Source: an uncultured Nitrospinaceae bacterium (GTDB lineage Bacteria; UBA8248). Taken from it: 10,788 nucleotides of DNA. The stretch covers positions 1 through 10,788 of the forward strand of contig CAXFSR010000015.1 in NCBI GenBank assembly GCA_964005815.1, written 5' to 3'. The notes under the pieces are model-generated. The model was not told the DNA's origin, made no database searches, and saw only the letters and a list, made by a program, of their open reading frames with translations. Of this stretch, positions 1 to 7,318 are shown piece after piece (position 1 is the stretch's first letter; each line of letters opens with the position of its first letter). The position numbers were made by a program, and so were the translations under genes.

Positions 1-66
1 AAGAAGCCAGCGAGCCTGTTGCAGAAGAACAAGCCGAAGAAGCCAGCGAGCCTGCTGCAGAAGAAC
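1..66 (+). repeat. Coding tandem repeat, 36-bp period (12 aa, EEASEP[V/A]AEEQA)
   Basis: nt 1-30 (aagaagccagcgagcctgttgcagaagaac) and nt 37-66 (aagaagccagcgagcctgctgcagaagaac) match at 29/30 positions. The array runs off the window start. Confidence 0.9.
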
Positions 67-383
67 TTCCCAAACTTAGTGCAGGTGAAATTGATAAAAT
101 GAATGTGCCTAAACTAAAAGAAGCTGCTCTAGGATATGGCGGAAAAATTACTGGGGTTCATGGCATGGACAAAACACAATTAGTTCGTGTTTTGAAAGAG
201 ATCAATGATATCCCCCTTCAAGAAAATAAAAGAACTTCTAATATTGATCGTGCATCTATTAAAGAGAAAATTAAAACTCTCAAAAAAGAACGTGATCAAT
301 ACCTAGAAACTCAAGATTCGCAACAACTGAAAAGAACAAGAAATAAAATTAAAGCCCTTAGAAGAAAGCTTGTTAGAGCTTAA
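1..383 (+). CDS. 5'-truncated protein: acidic repeats, Rho N-terminal-like helical domain and basic coiled-coil tail (not full-length Rho)
   Basis: The frame of ORF 99..383 is open back to the window edge (from nt 3: EASEPVAEEQAEEASEPAAEELPKLSAGEIDKMNVPKLKEAA...), so ATG 99 is probably internal. IDKMNVPKLKEAALGYGGKITGVHGMDKTQLVRVL resembles the Rho_N pattern. There is no Walker A/ATPase domain before the TAA ending at 383. Confidence 0.7.
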   Translation, partial: EASEPVAEEQAEEASEPAAEELPKLSAGEIDKMNVPKLKEAALGYGGKITGVHGMDKTQLVRVLKEINDIPLQENKRTSNIDRASIKEKIKTLKKERDQYLETQDSQQLKRTRNKIKALRRKLVRA

Positions 384-459
384 TGAAGTTCGCATTAGTT
401 ATAAAATAATTTAGGAAGAAACCTATTTTTGCATTTCTATAAACATTCGGAAATTAGGA

Positions 460-1434
460 ATGTTAGATAAAACTCTGCAATTACAAACGATTAGTGGTAG
501 TTCATCTTTTCCTGAAATTTTCTTTGAACCAGAAATCGATCGAATTTCTCTAACTACTCTTCAAATAAATCTTGGAAAAGTTTGCAATCAAACTTGCAAT
601 CACTGCCATGTAGATGCAGGTCCGCATAGGAAAGAAAGTATGACACTAGATACTTCTTCTAAAATTTTACAATGGATTAAAAAACACAAAATTTCCATTG
701 TTGATATCACTGGTGGTGCCCCAGAGCTTAATCCAAATTTCAGAAAAATAGTTTCAGAATGTAGAGATCTCGGTACACATATAATTGTAAGATGTAATCT
801 GACAGTAATTTTTGAAGAGGGACAAGAAGATTTAAGTGAATTCTATTCTAAAAATAAAGTAGAACTCATCTGTTCTTTGCCATGCTATCTCGAAGAAAAT
901 GTCGATTCACAAAGAGGTACTGGAGTTTTTCAGAAATCAATTCTCGCACTTCAAAAACTAAATTCATTGGGTTATGGAAGAGTTGAAGATCTGATTCTAA
1001 AACTTGTCTATAATCCACAAGATGATTCTCTCCCCCCTCCACAAAAAGAATTGGAAATAGAATATAAAATTGAGTTAAAAAAACTATTTAATATTGAATT
1101 TAACGAACTACTAACAATCACGAATATGCCAATAAATCGTTTTAGAACATTCTTGGAACGGAATAAAAAACTTCACGACTATTTTTTACTCCTTAAAAGT
1201 TCTTATAATACCCAAACAATCGATTCTCTAATGTGTCGACATTTGATAAGCGTAGACTGGAAAGGCTTTATCTATGATTGCGATTTTAACCAAATGCTAA
1301 ACATGAAACTATCAAACCAAAAATTGTGGGATTACTCCCCTGAAGAATTAATTGGGAAAAAAATCAAAACAAATGACCATTGTTTTGGTTGTACTGCTGG
1401 TTCAGGTTCTTCATGCGGTGGTTCTTTAACCTAA
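460..1434 (+). CDS. arsS: Radical SAM / Cys-rich protein of the ArsS (arsenosugar biosynthesis) family, DUF3641 C-terminal domain
   Basis: CxxxCxxC in LQINLGKVCNQTCNHCHVDAGP, plus DITGGAPELNP, SLPCY, LMCRHLISVDWKGFIYDCDFNQML and the C-terminal HCFGCTAGSGSSCGGSL. These motifs are characteristic of the family. Family membership is well supported; arsenic chemistry in this organism is not shown. Confidence 0.88.
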   Translation: MLDKTLQLQTISGSSSFPEIFFEPEIDRISLTTLQINLGKVCNQTCNHCHVDAGPHRKESMTLDTSSKILQWIKKHKISIVDITGGAPELNPNFRKIVSECRDLGTHIIVRCNLTVIFEEGQEDLSEFYSKNKVELICSLPCYLEENVDSQRGTGVFQKSILALQKLNSLGYGRVEDLILKLVYNPQDDSLPPPQKELEIEYKIELKKLFNIEFNELLTITNMPINRFRTFLERNKKLHDYFLLLKSSYNTQTIDSLMCRHLISVDWKGFIYDCDFNQMLNMKLSNQKLWDYSPEELIGKKIKTNDHCFGCTAGSGSSCGGSLT

Positions 1435-1464
1435 AAAGAATTTTTCTTTTTTTTAAGGGGAAAA

Positions 1465-2076
1465 ATGGAAGAATTTTTAAACCTATTTAAATCTGGACCC
1501 GCCCTTCTGCTTCTATCATGCTCAATTTTAATAGGCTTATTTTCGCCTGCAATTCTCTTTAGAAGCAAATTCAAAAAATCTACTAAAAGAAATAATGAAA
1601 AATATCCTCGTTTTTTAACAATATACTCGCTATTAGGAAAAAAAATATTTTTTCTGATAATGCTTTTAGAATCTATTACAACATTTTTTTTAATGTTTAC
1701 AGCAATTTACTTTTTGCATTCAATACTGATCTCAGCACTAGTAGCAATAATAATTATGGCAGCCCATTCATTCTCTATTTTACACCCTCTTAGAGGCGGG
1801 TCTGGGACAGGACCAATTATTGGAATACTTCTAGCTTGCTCTCCCTGGACTTTAATTATTTGCCTTACTTTTTTCCTATTAATTTATATTTTCACAAAAC
1901 AAATTGAACATGCCGAAATATTAACAATTGCTATAATGCCTTCTTTCTCAATCATCGTAAGTGATGGCGACTTGATTTTCATATTGATGACGACAATCCT
2001 AAGTATGATTTCGATAAAAAAACGTTGGTATTTAATAAAAGAGATCTTTGATCATAAAAAGAAATCTTTAAGCTGA
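1465..2076 (+). CDS. PlsY-like (glycerol-3-phosphate acyltransferase family) integral membrane protein, highly divergent
   Basis: 203 aa with several hydrophobic segments, matching PlsY size. AAHSFSILHPLRGGSGTGPIIGILL corresponds to PlsY GHxxP..F.GGKGVAT..G, and LLGKK corresponds to the R..GKK segment. The other catalytic motifs are not recognisable. Confidence 0.65.
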   Translation: MEEFLNLFKSGPALLLLSCSILIGLFSPAILFRSKFKKSTKRNNEKYPRFLTIYSLLGKKIFFLIMLLESITTFFLMFTAIYFLHSILISALVAIIIMAAHSFSILHPLRGGSGTGPIIGILLACSPWTLIICLTFFLLIYIFTKQIEHAEILTIAIMPSFSIIVSDGDLIFILMTTILSMISIKKRWYLIKEIFDHKKKSLS

Positions 2077-2140
2077 CCTTTATAGTGAGATAATGAATTT
2101 TCGTTATAATGCAATTCATATTATCTAAAATGAATAAAAA

Positions 2141-2146
2141 AGGAGG
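2141..2146 (+). promoter_or_regulatory. Shine-Dalgarno site (AGGAGG)
   Basis: Perfect AGGAGG 2 nt before ATG 2149 and 5 nt before ATG 2152, which favours 2152 as the start. A TATAAT lies at 2105-2110 with no clear -35. Confidence 0.7.
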
Positions 2147-2148
2147 AA

Positions 2149-2886
2149 ATGATGAGTTCTGGTATTTATGCTACTTGGTATGAACTAGAAGAAGAATCTA
2201 AATCTGAATTTTTAGATTGGATGCATAACAGCTATATTCCTCAAGAATTAACTAGACCTGGATATCTTTGGGCTGCTCATTATGAATTAGGGTATGTTGG
2301 TGAAGCAGTGCAAAAAGTAGTGGATACACTAATCTATGATAAAGGTTCTGCATTAGGTAGGGGTAGAGGTTTCTTGATTTTGTTTGGAGGAGTTTCTGCA
2401 TATACTTTTTTCGATCCGAATCCAAATCAAAAAAAAGAAAAACAAGATGAGAACACATCAAAAATGCTAGGAATGCGGAAAGAGATTTATTCCTGCACTT
2501 TCTCAGAAGAATATAGGGTAGATGGATTAGAAGTGAAACAGAGAGGCCCTGGAATCACTGCAGCACCCGCTATCCAGATGGGGAATTTTAATATCGATAG
2601 TTATACAAATGAAACAGAGGTGTGTTCTTGGTATGCACAATACCGACTTCCTTTTATGACCGAAATACCCGGTTGTATAGGTGCGAGGAAACTCTTGGCA
2701 TCTTCGGGTTGGGGGAAACATTCTATTCTTTATGAATTTATTTCTTTAGAAGCGAGAGAAAATTATTTTGTACCCCATGAAGCAAATAGTAATGACGAAA
2801 AAGTTTGGACATCAAAAATTTTACCTACACTCATTCATGCTCCGTGCTCTCCAAATGTAGGAATACGAATATGGCCCGAAAAATAA
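2149..2886 (+). CDS. Hypothetical protein, probable tandem dimeric alpha/beta-barrel (EthD/DUF4286-like) domains
   Basis: Two internally similar halves: EFLDWMHNSYIPQELTRPGYLWAAHY and EVCSWYAQYRLPFMTEIPGCIGARKL (W-x5-[IL]P-x5-PG pattern). Strong RBS upstream; the start may be 2152. Confidence 0.6.
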   Translation: MMSSGIYATWYELEEESKSEFLDWMHNSYIPQELTRPGYLWAAHYELGYVGEAVQKVVDTLIYDKGSALGRGRGFLILFGGVSAYTFFDPNPNQKKEKQDENTSKMLGMRKEIYSCTFSEEYRVDGLEVKQRGPGITAAPAIQMGNFNIDSYTNETEVCSWYAQYRLPFMTEIPGCIGARKLLASSGWGKHSILYEFISLEARENYFVPHEANSNDEKVWTSKILPTLIHAPCSPNVGIRIWPEK

Positions 2887-2900
2887 AAAATGGAGGAATA

Positions 2901-3269
2901 ATGGATTACATATTTGATACGACAAAAATGCCAAAACAAGATGCAGGTGGAGATTACAGTACTGCTAATGGCCCCTTTGTAAAAGGGAAAAAAATTATTT
3001 TCGGAAAGTTCACAATACCGTCAGGAACACGTGCAGAAACTCATAGTCACCCTAATGAGCAATTTATCTTCCCACTTCAGGGAAAAGCACGCGTTACCAT
3101 AAAAGGAAAAACAAAGACTGTTATTCCGGGAGATATCGTTTTTATACCTGCAAACACTCCTCACAGTTCTGTAGTGATTGGAAATGAAGATTTGATTTTT
3201 GTTACTGCGAAAGATACATCTTGGGGAATCGTAGGAATTAAGAAAAAAACTCCATCAAAAAAGAAATAA
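2901..3269 (+). CDS. Cupin domain protein (Cupin_2-like, metal-binding)
   Basis: Motif 1 HSHPNEQ and motif 2 PGDIVFIPANTPH give a His/His/Glu/His ligand set. GGAGG at 2892-2896 precedes the in-frame ATG at 2901, which is a better start than 2805 (that one overlaps the upstream gene). Confidence 0.85.
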   Translation: MDYIFDTTKMPKQDAGGDYSTANGPFVKGKKIIFGKFTIPSGTRAETHSHPNEQFIFPLQGKARVTIKGKTKTVIPGDIVFIPANTPHSSVVIGNEDLIFVTAKDTSWGIVGIKKKTPSKKK

Positions 3270-3290
3270 AAACATTAATACACATGATGG

Positions 3291-3319
3291 TTGATAAACT
3301 TAATTTCTTTTTTTAGTCT
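3291..3319 (+). promoter_or_regulatory. Putative sigma70-type promoter for the 3363-8497 gene run
   Basis: TTGATA (3291-3296), a 17-nt spacer, then TAGTCT (3314-3319), inside the 93-nt gap. The AT-rich background weakens the call. Confidence 0.4.
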
Positions 3320-3362
3320 TTGTTAAATAAAATTTTAATGTTTTTTTAAGATATAAAAAGTC

Positions 3363-3791
3363 ATGGAGGCAAACGTGGCAGATATAATAACAGGAATGAT
3401 AAAACAATTTTCCTCTGATGATCGTTTTACTTTCGAACCAGCGTCCTCAGGAAAATCAATAAAGCTAGTGGTCAGTGAAACTTCATGGTTCGAAATTGAA
3501 AAAAGAGAAGATAACTTTTTAAGAATTAGTTTTGCGACTACGGATCGTTACATGAATGAAGATATAGAACATGCAATCTTAGATAGTAAAGACCCCATTG
3601 ATGACTTTGTTTATGATGGTATGGAAGAAGCTGGAGAAGAAGATGAACATAAAGTCACTCATTTTCATGATGGAGCTTTTAGATATGCCATAGATTTAAA
3701 TCTTGAAGATTCCGACTTAAGCGAACGTGCAGTGCGCGTTTTAAACGGACTTTTCTTCACTTTCGAAGAATTTGTTGAAGAAGCGGACTAA
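3363..3791 (+). CDS. Acidic soluble hypothetical protein
   Basis: 142-aa ORF filling the gap, rich in Asp/Glu, globular-looking (RISFATTDRYMNEDIE, VTHFHDGAFRY), with no hydrophobic segment. No family recognised. Confidence 0.75.
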   Translation: MEANVADIITGMIKQFSSDDRFTFEPASSGKSIKLVVSETSWFEIEKREDNFLRISFATTDRYMNEDIEHAILDSKDPIDDFVYDGMEEAGEEDEHKVTHFHDGAFRYAIDLNLEDSDLSERAVRVLNGLFFTFEEFVEEAD

Positions 3792-3817
3792 ACTTTATTG
3801 AAAAAGGAGAATTGATA

Positions 3818-5431
3818 ATGGTTTATTATAAAGTTTTAAGAGAGAACTTTTCTCTCATTTTCTTACTACTATTCATTTTCCTTTCTTCTTCATGTTTTTT
3901 TCCATCAAATTCTTTTTCTGCAAAGAAATACTTTGTAATAGCTTTCCAAGGCGATGCTGCGACATTAGACGCACATGGAAGAAATGAAACTACAACTATT
4001 TCTATTCAATCTCATATTTACGATACACTTATATTTAATGATATTGATGGTTCATATAAACCCTCTCTTGCAACTTCATGGAAACCTATCAATAGAACTG
4101 AATGGATTTTCAAACTCAGAAAAAACGTGAAATTTCACAACGGAGATCCTTTCGATTCTCAAGTCGCTATTGATAGTATTCTCAGAGCAAAAGGGCGAGG
4201 ATTCAAAAAAAGTCAGATGAAACACTATACGAAAGGAATAAAGAAATTATCGATAATAGATAAATACACTTTCAAGATTGATACTGGGAAACCCTGGCCT
4301 TCTCTACCCTCTGAAATAGCCTCGATAAGAATGGTTCCGGTTTCACATATTAAAAAAGTAGGAAACGCAAAATTCGCTCGTTTTCCAGTCGGTACTGGAG
4401 CTTACAAATTTGTTAAGTGGATTAAAGACGACTATATCGAACTCATTGCAAACGAAAGTTGGTGGAAAGGACCACCTAAAATTAAGAACGTTCGTATACG
4501 TCCTATTCCAGTAAATGCAGCCAGAACTGCAGGACTTCTTTCAGGAGAAATTGATGTTGTTTGGGGGGTGGCACCCGTAGATGGCGCAAAACTTGCTAAA
4601 AATAAGAATCTCAACGTTTTCAAGACAATAACTCAAAGAACAATTTATCTCACTTTTGATCAATGGAGACAAAAGGGAGGAACGTTTAAAAAGGGAGGAA
4701 AGTACTCACCAGGCATCGAAGCAGGAAAACCCAATCCCTTTTTGCAACTAAAAATAAGAAAAGCCATCTCACACGCAATCAACGTTCCAGAACTTCTGCA
4801 AACTGTCATGCACAATAGTGGAAAACCAGCAACACTCTTAAATCCTCCGTTTGCTTTTGGTTATAACAAAAAAATCAAAAGATTAACCTACAACCCATCT
4901 AGAGCGAAACAATTGCTAAAAGAGGCAGGTTTCCCAAATGGATTTAAAACACGCTTAGACTGTCCGAATGATCGATACATTAACGATGGTCCTATGTGCC
5001 TAGCTATAGCAGGTATGCTTACTAAAGTTGGAATAAAAACTACTCCAAATCCAAGACCTAAAGCTGTTTTCTTCAAAAAGATGTCTGCAGGAGATCATTC
5101 CATGTATATGGCAGGATGGGGAACCGATCAAATTTTTCCAACATTCTCTGCTGCATTTCATACCAGAATACCTGGAAAGGGGTTTGGAAGAATCAACCGC
5201 GGCAGATATAGCAATAAATGGCTGGACAAACATATGATGGAAGCTGCTGTGGAAATGGACAATGATAAACGCAGAAAAATGTGGGAGAAAGCCTGGAAAA
5301 CTGTGATGGATGACATCGCATTCCTCCCGCTTTATCAGCAAGCTGTTATTATCGCGACACAAAAAAATGTACATCTGGTTCCACGTGTTAATGAATGGGT
5401 ATTGGCGCAAGAAATTTCTATAAAAAAATAA
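3818..5431 (+). CDS. ABC transporter substrate-binding protein, family 5 (DppA/OppA/NikA-like)
   Basis: N-terminal signal peptide; motifs IYDTL, PSLATSW, FKLRKNVKFHNGDPF, PVGTGAYKF, LLSGEIDV, YNPSRAKQLLKEAGFPNGF, LPLYQ. AGGAG at 3805-3809 favours ATG 3818 over TTG 3812. Confidence 0.93.
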   Translation: MVYYKVLRENFSLIFLLLFIFLSSSCFFPSNSFSAKKYFVIAFQGDAATLDAHGRNETTTISIQSHIYDTLIFNDIDGSYKPSLATSWKPINRTEWIFKLRKNVKFHNGDPFDSQVAIDSILRAKGRGFKKSQMKHYTKGIKKLSIIDKYTFKIDTGKPWPSLPSEIASIRMVPVSHIKKVGNAKFARFPVGTGAYKFVKWIKDDYIELIANESWWKGPPKIKNVRIRPIPVNAARTAGLLSGEIDVVWGVAPVDGAKLAKNKNLNVFKTITQRTIYLTFDQWRQKGGTFKKGGKYSPGIEAGKPNPFLQLKIRKAISHAINVPELLQTVMHNSGKPATLLNPPFAFGYNKKIKRLTYNPSRAKQLLKEAGFPNGFKTRLDCPNDRYINDGPMCLAIAGMLTKVGIKTTPNPRPKAVFFKKMSAGDHSMYMAGWGTDQIFPTFSAAFHTRIPGKGFGRINRGRYSNKWLDKHMMEAAVEMDNDKRRKMWEKAWKTVMDDIAFLPLYQQAVIIATQKNVHLVPRVNEWVLAQEISIKK

Positions 5432-5488
5432 GACAAATTATTAGAATAATTAGTAGTTTAGATGTCTTTTTCTTTGCCCTAGGAGAGA

Positions 5489-6415
5489 GTGGACAATTTG
5501 TATAAGTTCATATTCAGACGTTTCATTCAAAGCATTGGTGTTCTCCTAGCAGTAAGCCTGATTATCTTCGCTATGTTGCAACTGACCGGAGATCCCATAG
5601 AGTTGATGCTGGGAGAAGAAGGAACGCAACAAGATGAAATTAGACTACGTAAAGCACTCGGCTTAGATAAACCTATTCCTCTTCAGTACGGACTTTTCCT
5701 AAAAAATGCGTTTCAAGGAAATCTAGGAATTTCTTATCATCACGGGGTTCCTGCTATGGAACTTGTTCTAGAACGTGTTCCGGCCACATTAGAACTTGTT
5801 GGTTTTTCCATGTTATTCGCAATTCTTATTTCAATTCCTCTTGGAGTATATGCAGCAAGTAAGAGAGGGAAATTTCGAGATCGTGCCATTTTAAGTTGTT
5901 CACTCATTGGAATATCTGCTCCTCCTTTTTGGGTTGGAATCGTATGTATTTTGTTTTTTAGTGTGGCACTAGGTTGGCTCCCAACCTCAGGAAGAGGGGG
6001 GTTCGAACATCTCATATTGCCGGCAGGATCTCTGGCTCTTTACCGGATTGCTCTTTTTATAAGATTAATTCGTTCAGGAATGCTCGATGTTCTTAATCAA
6101 GAATATATTCTTACTGCACATTCTAAAGGTTTATCCGAAAAAATTGTGTTTTATAAACATGCTCTTAAAAATACTCTGATCCCATTTATAACCATTGGAG
6201 GTCTTCAGATGGGCAGCCTTTTTGCAGGAGCAATTGTAACCGAGAGAATTTTTGCATGGCCAGGTATGGGAAGGCTTATTTTGGATTCGATTCAAAAACT
6301 AGATTACCCAGTTGTTATGTGTTGGGCATTAATAACTGCGTGTATTTTTATCGTCATTAATCTAATCGTAGATATATCTTATTCCATTATAGATCCTCGA
6401 ATTAGGACAAACTAA
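5489..6415 (+). CDS. Peptide/nickel ABC transporter permease, DppB/OppB-like
   Basis: LGLDKPIPLQY, GNLGISY, RVPATLEL, EAA-loop region IRSGMLDVLNQEYILTAHSKGL, HALKN, FAWPGMG, and C-terminal IDPRIR. Confidence 0.93.
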   Translation: MDNLYKFIFRRFIQSIGVLLAVSLIIFAMLQLTGDPIELMLGEEGTQQDEIRLRKALGLDKPIPLQYGLFLKNAFQGNLGISYHHGVPAMELVLERVPATLELVGFSMLFAILISIPLGVYAASKRGKFRDRAILSCSLIGISAPPFWVGIVCILFFSVALGWLPTSGRGGFEHLILPAGSLALYRIALFIRLIRSGMLDVLNQEYILTAHSKGLSEKIVFYKHALKNTLIPFITIGGLQMGSLFAGAIVTERIFAWPGMGRLILDSIQKLDYPVVMCWALITACIFIVINLIVDISYSIIDPRIRTN

Positions 6416-6418
6416 AAA

Positions 6419-7288
6419 ATGCAGAAAGTAATCGATTATCCAAAAAGAAATTCTCTTTCCATTTCTAAATTTCGGATGGATGCGTGTTTTAGTTTGTTTT
6501 TCTTTTTTATCATTTTAATTCTCGCTTTTCTTTCTCCCTGGATTTCTCCCCATGACCCTATCACCCATAAATTAACAGAAAACTTAAAAAGCCCTTTCTT
6601 TATGGAAGATTATTTACCTACACATTATTTAGGTACGGATGGTTTAGGAAGAGATTTGCTGAGTTTTATACTACACGGATTGAGAATATCTCTTATGGTA
6701 GGAATTGTATCCATTGCAATCTCTACTGTTTTAGGTATCACTCTCGGTTTATTCTCAGGTTATTTAGGAGGAAGATTTGACTCTTTTGTGATGCGTCTTG
6801 CTGATTTTCAGTTAACACTACCAACTGTTTTGGTTGCCTTAGCTGTAATAGCGGTTTTTGGTTCAGGAATTTGGAAATTAATTCTATTAATAGGTTTTAC
6901 CCACTGGACTGTTTACGCAAGAATTGTTAGAGGATCTGTCCTTGTCGCGCGTGAAAAAGAGTTTATAGAAGCGGCTCGATCTATAGGTCAAAAATCTTAC
7001 AGAATCATTTTTGTCCATATCTTACCCAGTGTGATTAACCCCGTTTTGATAATTAGTGCCGTAGAATTACCAAGAGTAATGCTACTAGAATCTACTCTGA
7101 GCTTTTTGGGCCTTGGAGTACCCCCAACCGTTCCTTCCCTAGGAGGTGCAATAGCACATGGATATGAATTTTTGCTAAGCGGGTATTGGTGGCTTACACT
7201 TTTCCCTGGTTTTGCGTTAATGTCTGTAGTAATCAGTATTAATATTATTGGCGACTGGCTTAGAGATTACACCGACCCAAGAAATTAA
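6419..7288 (+). CDS. Peptide/nickel ABC transporter permease, DppC/OppC-like
   Basis: HYLGTDGLGRD, GYLGGRFDSFVMR, EAA loop EFIEAARSIG, HILPS, ESTLSFLGLG, WWLTLFPG, GDWLRDYTDPR. Confidence 0.93.
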   Translation: MQKVIDYPKRNSLSISKFRMDACFSLFFFFIILILAFLSPWISPHDPITHKLTENLKSPFFMEDYLPTHYLGTDGLGRDLLSFILHGLRISLMVGIVSIAISTVLGITLGLFSGYLGGRFDSFVMRLADFQLTLPTVLVALAVIAVFGSGIWKLILLIGFTHWTVYARIVRGSVLVAREKEFIEAARSIGQKSYRIIFVHILPSVINPVLIISAVELPRVMLLESTLSFLGLGVPPTVPSLGGAIAHGYEFLLSGYWWLTLFPGFALMSVVISINIIGDWLRDYTDPRN

Positions 7289-7318
7289 ACATTTTTTTCA
7301 ATCAATATAGGATCTAAA

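Noticed and set aside
1..66. 30-bp repeats as a CRISPR array
   Set aside because: Only 6 nt separate the copies, the period is a multiple of 3 inside an open frame, and there are no cas genes.
460..1434. Selenoprotein form of the ArsS family
   Set aside because: No in-frame TGA. The candidate Cys codons (SLPCY 883-885, GSSCGG 1414-1416) are TGC and the gene ends in TAA.
1433..1454. Intrinsic terminator after arsS (aaaaagaa-ttt-ttcttttt-ttt)
   Set aside because: The stem has only one G-C pair, too weak to call.
2805..2900. N-terminal extension of the cupin ORF given in the track
   Set aside because: It overlaps the upstream gene by 82 nt, whereas ATG 2901 has a GGAGG site.
3818..3920. Lipoprotein signal (…FLSSSC) on the binding protein
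   Set aside because: Ser at -3 fits the lipobox poorly, and cleavage at SFS-AK is at least as plausible. Unresolved without a predictor.
4671..4700. 12-bp direct repeat aaaagggaggaa (KGG twice) with SD-like GGAGG inside the binding-protein gene
   Set aside because: Best explained as a small duplication in a variable loop; no plausible internal start follows.
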